Origin: Bacteroidales bacterium | GTDB lineage: Bacteria; Bacteroidota; Bacteroidia; Bacteroidales; UBA12481 | Direction: 5' to 3' | Assembly (NCBI GenBank): GCA_041662065.1 | Contig: JBAZTE010000004.1 | Coordinates: 2,155 to 66,154, forward strand | Length of the DNA stretch: 64,000 bases | In this document: one piece after another, positions 58,297-64,000 of the stretch | Layout: each line of letters opens with the position of its first letter | Numbering within the stretch: position 1 is the stretch's first letter | Position numbers and translations under genes: made by a program | The notes under the pieces: model-generated | Seen by the model: the letters and a program-made list of their open reading frames with translations, nothing else | Databases searched by the model: none | Told to the model about the DNA's origin: nothing

Positions 58297-59586
58297 TCAA
58301 TCATCCACCGCACTCTCCATCAACGTTTTAAACATCCATCCGGTCTCATCGGTTTTGGTATCCTGTGTTTGCTTGAAGATTATCCCGATCAGTTTTTCTT
58401 TCGGATCGGCAAAATACTGAGTATTGAAATAACCTCCCCAATAAAACGTGCCTGCGCTGCCCTGTCCGCCAAGGTCCTGGGCTTTCTGCTCGAGGACTCC
58501 GAAAGCCAGTCCGTAATGCTCGCCCCTGTCGGCCCACAGGGATGGGAACTGATTCCCCATGATGGTCTGGACCGTGGTGCGGCTCAGGATTCTGACACCG
58601 TTTAATTCTCCGCCGTTCAGGTACATCTGGAGTAAGGTTGCATAATCTTTGACAGTGCTGCATAGTCCGGCCCCGCCGGAAAAGAACCGCTTTGCACCTT
58701 TGACGGGGTAGTCCGGATCATAAAAGGTGACAGGATAACGAACCCATTTGCCCTCATCGGGAGACTGGACTGAAACCAACCTTCCGGCTTTATCCGAGGG
58801 TAGATAAAATCTGGTGTCGGTCATGCCCAGTGGATCAAAAATGCGGGTTTTCAGGAACACATCGAAAGGCATACCTGATACCACTTCAATGAAATAGCCC
58901 AGTACATCCAACCCTTCGCAATAAGTATATTTTTCGCCGGGGTTGTGATGCAAAGGCAGTTTTGCCAGTTTTTTCACACTTTCTCCAATGGTGATATTCT
59001 CTGTTGTAAAGAGATCGGTGACCCCTGCTTTTTTGTAAATCATCTGAAAACGCTCATCACCGTCGATTTCTCCGTAACCCAATCCGGAAGTATGGGTCAA
59101 CAGGTGCCTTATGGTTATTTCCTTATTGGCAGGGACAGTTGAATAGGTTGTATCGCTGTATTTAAAACCGTTAAGGACCTGTGGTTTCTTGAACTCAGGG
59201 ATATATTTTGATATGGGGTCATCCAAACGAAATTTACCTTCTTCCCAGAGCATCATCACTGCGGTCGATGTAATGGCCTTGCTTTGGGAGGCAATCCTGA
59301 AAATATCATCGCGTTTTAACGGCCTTTTTGTTTGATTGTCGGCCATGCCGTAAGCTTTATATAAAACGATCCTGCCGTTGCGTGCAACCAGGACTGCCGC
59401 ACCCGGAATATCGCCTTCTGCAACGGCTGTCTGGCACATGGCTTCCACCCGGTTCAGTCGTTCTGCTGACATACCGGCGCTTTCCGGGGTTCCCTCCGAC
59501 AATGGAAGCGATTTGTTAATTGATTTGGTTTGGGCAGCAGCTGCCAATGAACCGGCAACAAGGAGGGCGGTGAGTAATTTCTTCAT
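58297..59586 (-). CDS. Beta-lactamase-fold serine hydrolase (class C/PBP4*-like esterase)
   Basis: Signal peptide and the SxxK nucleophile motif IASQSKAITS. The 429-aa length is typical of the family. Confidence 0.8.
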   Translation of the reverse strand: MKKLLTALLVAGSLAAAAQTKSINKSLPLSEGTPESAGMSAERLNRVEAMCQTAVAEGDIPGAAVLVARNGRIVLYKAYGMADNQTKRPLKRDDIFRIASQSKAITSTAVMMLWEEGKFRLDDPISKYIPEFKKPQVLNGFKYSDTTYSTVPANKEITIRHLLTHTSGLGYGEIDGDERFQMIYKKAGVTDLFTTENITIGESVKKLAKLPLHHNPGEKYTYCEGLDVLGYFIEVVSGMPFDVFLKTRIFDPLGMTDTRFYLPSDKAGRLVSVQSPDEGKWVRYPVTFYDPDYPVKGAKRFFSGGAGLCSTVKDYATLLQMYLNGGELNGVRILSRTTVQTIMGNQFPSLWADRGEHYGLAFGVLEQKAQDLGGQGSAGTFYWGGYFNTQYFADPKEKLIGIIFKQTQDTKTDETGWMFKTLMESAVDD

Positions 59587-59735
59587 TTCTATATGTTTAT
59601 AATTATGGTGGTGGGCATTTTATCCTGACTGATATAAAACTAAATGTAAATAATCATTTCATTGGGCAGTAACCATGCGTCGTCCCGCAAAACTGTTAAA
59701 TTTAGAGCAATATTTCTTTCGTAAAACTAAAACCT

Positions 59736-60605
59736 ATGGTGATTGTTCTGAAAGCGGTCCTTGGTATTATGACCAGCCTGTTTGGCATATACTACCTTCG
59801 GGATGTATATAAGAATCAAAAATCCTTCTCCGATAAACCCTGGCCCGGGCTCCTTGGCACCGGCTTTATCACCAATTTCTTCGATACCCTTGGAATTGGA
59901 AGTTTTGCGCAGCAGACAGCCATTTTCAAGATATTTAAACTGGTGGATGACCGCCTGATCCCCGGAACAATGAATGTGGGAAATACAATTGCAACGGTAA
60001 CTCAGGCATTCATTTTTATGACCGCTGTAAAGGTTGACCCCGTGACTTTGGTTTCCATGTCCATCGCCGCACCTGTCGGGGCAGTATTGGGTGCGGGTGT
60101 CGTGGCTAAAATGCCCCGTCGTAAGATCCAGCTTGGTATGGGGGTAGGACTTTTAGCTGTGGCACTCACCATATTGGCGGGATTGCTGAAGCTGATGCCA
60201 CTTGGCGGTATGGAGATCGGACTGACCGGTTGGAAACTGGCTGTCGTTATTGTGATGTGCTTTGTTTTCGGTGCCCTGCAAACCATCGGTGTCGGTTTTT
60301 ACGCTCCTTGCATGGCGATGGTTTATACGTTCGGAATGGATCCTAAAACGGCTTTTCCGATCATGATGACTGCAACAGCCATGCTGATGGCCGCCGGAGG
60401 ATCCAAGTTCATCAAGGAGCAGGCCTACGACCGGAAAGTGGCCATTGCCCTCTCCTTTGCCGGGGTTCTGGGTGTTTTTCTGGCAGCCTTTGTCGTGAAA
60501 TCCCTGCCGCTTGAAGTGATGAAGTGGCTCGTGTGTGGTGTTGTTTTATATACGTCGGTAACCATGTTCCTGTCAGCCAGGAGAGAAAAATATGCAACCA
60601 TATAA
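59736..60605 (+). CDS. TauE/SafE-family anion (sulfite/organosulfonate) exporter-like membrane protein
   Basis: 289 aa with about 8 TM helices and Gly-rich helices typical of the TSUP/TauE family. The assignment rests on composition and pattern. Confidence 0.55.
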   Translation: MVIVLKAVLGIMTSLFGIYYLRDVYKNQKSFSDKPWPGLLGTGFITNFFDTLGIGSFAQQTAIFKIFKLVDDRLIPGTMNVGNTIATVTQAFIFMTAVKVDPVTLVSMSIAAPVGAVLGAGVVAKMPRRKIQLGMGVGLLAVALTILAGLLKLMPLGGMEIGLTGWKLAVVIVMCFVFGALQTIGVGFYAPCMAMVYTFGMDPKTAFPIMMTATAMLMAAGGSKFIKEQAYDRKVAIALSFAGVLGVFLAAFVVKSLPLEVMKWLVCGVVLYTSVTMFLSARREKYATI

Positions 60606-62025
60606 CCAATTGAATATCGGCCTGTTCGGCATCGGATTAGATACCTACTGGCCGCAGTTTGAGGGACTGAAATCGCGCCTCGAAGGATATTTGTCGGAAG
60701 TGCACCACAAACTGACAAAACATCATGCGAATATCATCGACCTTGGGTTGATTGATAACCCCCGCAAGGCATTCGATGCCGGACATCAGTTCAGGCAGGC
60801 CGATGTGGATATTATCTTTCTGTATGTCACCACCTATGCTCTTTCTTCCACTGTTCTGCCTGTGGTTCAAAGGGCCAGGGTACCGGTGGTCATCCTGAAT
60901 CTCCAGCCTGAGGAGGCCATTGATTATAAATGGTTTAACAAGCTGAACGACCGGACGAAAATGACCGGTGAATGGTTGGCCTTTTGTTCTGCCTGCCCGG
61001 TGCCTGAAATCGCCAATGTATTCCTTAGGACCGGCATCAAGTTTCACCAGATTACCGGGGTGCTTCACCATGACCCGGAGTGCTGGAATGAGGTTTCGGA
61101 ATGGGTTGAGGCCGCAAAAGTCGCCAAAGTGATGTCCCATAACCGAATGGGCTGCATGGGCCACTATTACAGTGGAATGCTCGATATGTATTCTGATATG
61201 ACCATGCATTACAAGCATTTCGGCGGCCATTTCGAAATGTTGGAGGTGGATGACCTTGCACGGCTGAGACGGGAGGTTACCGATGTGGAAATAAGGGACC
61301 GCGTCAGCCTGTTCCATATCGAGTTTGAAATTGCACCCGATTGTTCAATGGATGAATTGAAAAGGGCAGCACGCACTTCGGTTGCGCTGGATAAGCTGGT
61401 TGAGGAGAACGATCTGGGTTCGATAGCCTATTTTTACAATGGGACCGGCGTGCCCGAAAATGAAGATGCCATCAGCTCGATTATCCTTGGAAATTCATTG
61501 CTGACTTCAAGAGGAATTCCTGTTGCCGGGGAATATGAGATCAAAAATGCTCAGGCCATGAAAATAATGGATGCCTTTGGGGTGGGTGGCTCATTTACTG
61601 AATATTATGCCATCGATTTTAAAGATGATGTGGTTTTGATGGGGCATGACGGACCGGGACATATCGCCATTGCAGAAGGAAAAACCAAGGTAAAACCCTT
61701 GGAAGTTTTTCATGGCAAAGTGGGCCGCGGACTTTCGGTTGAGATGTCGGTCAAGCATGGACCGGTTACCTTGCTGTCAGTTGTGCAGAAAGCGGGTGGC
61801 GACCTGATGCTGCTGATGGCCGAGGCCGAATCCGTTCCGGGTCCGGTCCTGGAGATCGGAAATACCAACAGCCGGTACCGGTTTCCAATCGGGGCCAGGA
61901 ATTTTGTCAATGACTGGAACAGTCATGGTCCGGCTCACCATTGTGCCGTCGGGGTCGGGCATATTGGTTCTAAGCTAATGAAGCTTGGCCAGTTACTTGA
62001 AATAGATGTTGTGAAAATCTGCTAA
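60592..62025 (+). CDS. L-arabinose isomerase-like (AraA/FucI superfamily) sugar isomerase
   Basis: 477 aa. GIPVAGEYEIKNAQAMKIMD, LMGHDGPGHI and GPAHHCAVGVGH parallel E. coli AraA (GFAGEGDWKTAALLRIM, LGSHMLEV, GGAHHTVFS). Confidence 0.6.
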   Translation: MQPYNQLNIGLFGIGLDTYWPQFEGLKSRLEGYLSEVHHKLTKHHANIIDLGLIDNPRKAFDAGHQFRQADVDIIFLYVTTYALSSTVLPVVQRARVPVVILNLQPEEAIDYKWFNKLNDRTKMTGEWLAFCSACPVPEIANVFLRTGIKFHQITGVLHHDPECWNEVSEWVEAAKVAKVMSHNRMGCMGHYYSGMLDMYSDMTMHYKHFGGHFEMLEVDDLARLRREVTDVEIRDRVSLFHIEFEIAPDCSMDELKRAARTSVALDKLVEENDLGSIAYFYNGTGVPENEDAISSIILGNSLLTSRGIPVAGEYEIKNAQAMKIMDAFGVGGSFTEYYAIDFKDDVVLMGHDGPGHIAIAEGKTKVKPLEVFHGKVGRGLSVEMSVKHGPVTLLSVVQKAGGDLMLLMAEAESVPGPVLEIGNTNSRYRFPIGARNFVNDWNSHGPAHHCAVGVGHIGSKLMKLGQLLEIDVVKIC

Positions 62026-62037
62026 ATTACCTGACCG

Positions 62038-63480
62038 ATGAAAACCAAAACCGCTTTACTTTTTGTCTTGCTGTCAGCATTTACCATTCAGGTCAACGCC
62101 CAGGACCGTTACCAGGCAACTTGGCAATCTCTTAAAAAATATGAGTGTCCTGATTGGTTCCGTGATGCAAAATTCGGAATATTCATTCACTGGGGTGTGT
62201 ATTCGGTGCCGGCCTTTGAATCGGAATGGTATCCAAGGCAAATGTACCAGGAGGGATCTGGCGCATTCAAACATCATGTCGCCACTTATGGGGAACAGAA
62301 AAAATTCGGTTACAAGGATTTTATCCCGATGTTCAAAGCCGAAAAATTCAACGCTAATGATTGGATTAGTCTGTTTATCAAGGCTGGAGCGAAATATGTG
62401 GTTCCAGTGGCCGAGCATCACGATGGTTTTGCGATGTATAAAACGGCCCTTTCGAAATGGAATGCCGCAGAAATGGGTCCCCACCGGGATATCATAGGTG
62501 AGCTGGCCGATGCATCTAAGAAACAGGGCATGATTTTCGGTCTTTCATCCCACCGCATCGAGCATTGGTGGTTCCTGCAAGGCGGGCGGAAATTTGATTC
62601 GGATGTGATGGATTCCAGATATGCCGATTTCTATGGTCCGGCCCGGGAGGAAAACGAAACCATGTCACCCGAATTCATGAACGACTGGCTGCTGCGTTGC
62701 ACCGAACTGATCGATAAGTATCAGCCGCAACTGTTCTGGTTCGACTGGTGGATCGAACAACCCGCCCTCGAGCCGTATCGAAAGTCGTTGGCCTCCTATT
62801 ATTACAACAAGGGCCTGGAATGGAACAAAGGGGTGGCCATCAATTATAAGAACAGTTCATTTCCCGATGGGACAGCCATTTACGATATCGAACGCGGCAG
62901 CAGCAAGGCCGGAAAAAAATATCCATGGCAAACCGATACCTCCATCGGAAAAAAATCATGGGGTTATATCCCCGGGGAAGAGAATAAAAGCCCGAACGAG
63001 CTGATCGATGAACTGGTCGATATTGTCAGTAAAAACGGCAACCTGCTGTTGAACATCGGACCACGTCCGGATGGGACAATCACACAGGAACAACAGGATG
63101 TATTGCTCGCTATTGGCAAATGGGTGAAGGTCAATGGTGAAGGTATTTACAGCACCCGGCCCTGGGAACTGTTTGGGGAAGGCCCGACTCAGATTGAGGG
63201 AGAATCGTTCAATGAAGGTACCGGCAAGGACTTCACGGAAAAGGATATCCGGTTCACAGCCAATGGGAATTTATTGTATGTTTTTGTTCTGGATCTGCCA
63301 AAAGAAAAGGTAGTGATCAAATCTCTGGCTGTCAATGGAAAAGGTGCAAAAATCACTAATGTTGAGTTGCTGGGGAGCGATGAAAAAGTTATATGGGCTC
63401 AGAAACCGGAAGGGCTGGTAATCCAGCCGTCGAAAACCTGGCCGGCCGATTGTGCCGTTGGATACAGAATTTCAAAATAA
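62038..63480 (+). CDS. GH29 alpha-L-fucosidase
   Basis: Signal peptide, WFRDAKFGIFIHWGVYSVPAFESEWY, EHHDGFAMY, and WQTDTSIGKKSWGY. Confidence 0.88.
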   Translation: MKTKTALLFVLLSAFTIQVNAQDRYQATWQSLKKYECPDWFRDAKFGIFIHWGVYSVPAFESEWYPRQMYQEGSGAFKHHVATYGEQKKFGYKDFIPMFKAEKFNANDWISLFIKAGAKYVVPVAEHHDGFAMYKTALSKWNAAEMGPHRDIIGELADASKKQGMIFGLSSHRIEHWWFLQGGRKFDSDVMDSRYADFYGPAREENETMSPEFMNDWLLRCTELIDKYQPQLFWFDWWIEQPALEPYRKSLASYYYNKGLEWNKGVAINYKNSSFPDGTAIYDIERGSSKAGKKYPWQTDTSIGKKSWGYIPGEENKSPNELIDELVDIVSKNGNLLLNIGPRPDGTITQEQQDVLLAIGKWVKVNGEGIYSTRPWELFGEGPTQIEGESFNEGTGKDFTEKDIRFTANGNLLYVFVLDLPKEKVVIKSLAVNGKGAKITNVELLGSDEKVIWAQKPEGLVIQPSKTWPADCAVGYRISK

Positions 63481-63500
63481 AAGTATTCTTCTCAGTGATT

Positions 63501-64000
63501 ATGAAAAAGCAACTTTACCTGATTCTGCTCTTTTCGATGGTTTTAGCCGAAGCCGGAGCCCAGAATCGTACTTTTACCCATCAGGATACCTTGCGGGGAT
63601 CAATTACACAGGAACGGGCGTGGTGGGATCTTACCTATTATCATCTGGATGTGAGGGTAAATCCGTCGGATAGTACGCTGACCGGCAGCAATCTGGTCCG
63701 CTATAAGGTAACCAAACCTTATCAGATCATGCAGATAGACCTGCAGCAACCCATGAAGATCACTAAGGTTTACGAGAATAACAAGCAGGTATCTTTTAAA
63801 CGTGATGGCAATGCCTGGCTGATACTATTGATGGAGGTTCAGGTTCCCGGTGAAACCAATGAAATTACCGTTTATTTTGCCGGTAAGCCGCGCATCAGCC
63901 GGAATCCGCCGTGGAGTGGCGGCCTTTCATGGAAGAAGGATAAAAACACTAATCCCTTTATCGTGACCACCTGTCAGGGCGATGGCGCCAGCATCTGGTG
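63501..64000 (+). CDS. M1-family metallopeptidase (aminopeptidase N-like), N-terminal part only
   Basis: The ATG at 63501 gives MKKQLYLILLFSMVLAEAGAQ... The following WWDLTYYHLDVRVNP...LTGSNLVRY resembles the N-terminal beta-domain of M1 peptidases. The catalytic HEXXH lies beyond the window. Confidence 0.5.
   Translation, partial: MKKQLYLILLFSMVLAEAGAQNRTFTHQDTLRGSITQERAWWDLTYYHLDVRVNPSDSTLTGSNLVRYKVTKPYQIMQIDLQQPMKITKVYENNKQVSFKRDGNAWLILLMEVQVPGETNEITVYFAGKPRISRNPPWSGGLSWKKDKNTNPFIVTTCQGDGASIW

Noticed and set aside
57989-58300. ORFs of 94 aa (+, 58009..58293) and 103 aa (-, 57989..58300) across the 58.1-58.3 kb gap.
   Set aside because: Both lie over the terminator hairpin and repeat copy D. 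They have a low-complexity R/G/P-rich composition and no start context, so they are most likely artefacts of GC-rich repeat sequence.
60637-61317. A long antisense ORF of 226 aa opposite the AraA-like gene. Similar antisense ORFs occur at 31751..32338 (195 aa), 55613..56197 (194 aa), 16120..16617 (165 aa) and 29194..29676 (160 aa).
   Set aside because: Each is fully embedded opposite a gene with clear family motifs. Their compositions are biased (R/G/H/P-rich) and show no recognisable motifs, which makes them typical shadow ORFs.
1-64000. A whole-window scan for tRNA/rRNA genes, CRISPR arrays, integrases, transposases, phage genes, toxin-antitoxin pairs and known defence-system signatures.
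   Set aside because: None was found by eye. All gaps over 100 bp are accounted for by promoters, hairpins or the repeat families described. Small structured RNAs cannot be excluded without covariance-model searches such as Infernal/Rfam or tRNAscan-SE.

Overview
This 64 kb window looks like a chromosomal segment of a Bacteroidota genome. The evidence is a SusC/SusD pair, TonB-receptor/DUF4249 pairs, many lipobox lipoproteins and TAnnTTTG-type promoter boxes. About 45 protein genes are densely packed. I found no rRNA, tRNA, CRISPR array, integrase or transposase. The layout is: (1) 0-21 kb, housekeeping genes (two PPIase/SurA-like genes, guaB, an overlapping recQ-exonuclease-relA-tex chain, a HAD hydrolase, a PAS histidine kinase, mutS2, an APC permease, mnmD-like, a FucI-like isomerase and acylphosphatase). 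(2) 22-28.6 kb, a four-gene envelope operon of unknown function, headed by a bitopic membrane protein with two apparently inactive MPN/JAB-like cytoplasmic domains. It also encodes an OM beta-barrel, a small lipoprotein and a four-PKD lipoprotein. This is my best candidate for an undescribed system. (3) 28.65-30.5 kb, a 152-bp hairpin element with perfect 37-bp arms, a WYL regulator and a divergent orphan gene. (4) 31.8-48.3 kb, a polysaccharide-utilisation-like locus of unusual composition with no regulator gene in view. (5) 48.3-58.3 kb, envelope gene cassettes (a DUF4249-like lipoprotein, a PKD/Fib_succ lipoprotein, a TonB receptor plus a second DUF4249-like lipoprotein, and a DUF5107/TPR protein) separated by four copies of a modular GC-rich MITE/REP-like repeat. 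(6) 58.3-64 kb, a serine hydrolase, a TauE-like permease, an AraA-like isomerase, a GH29 fucosidase and the start of an M1 peptidase. All functional calls come from motifs read by eye, and no database search was run.
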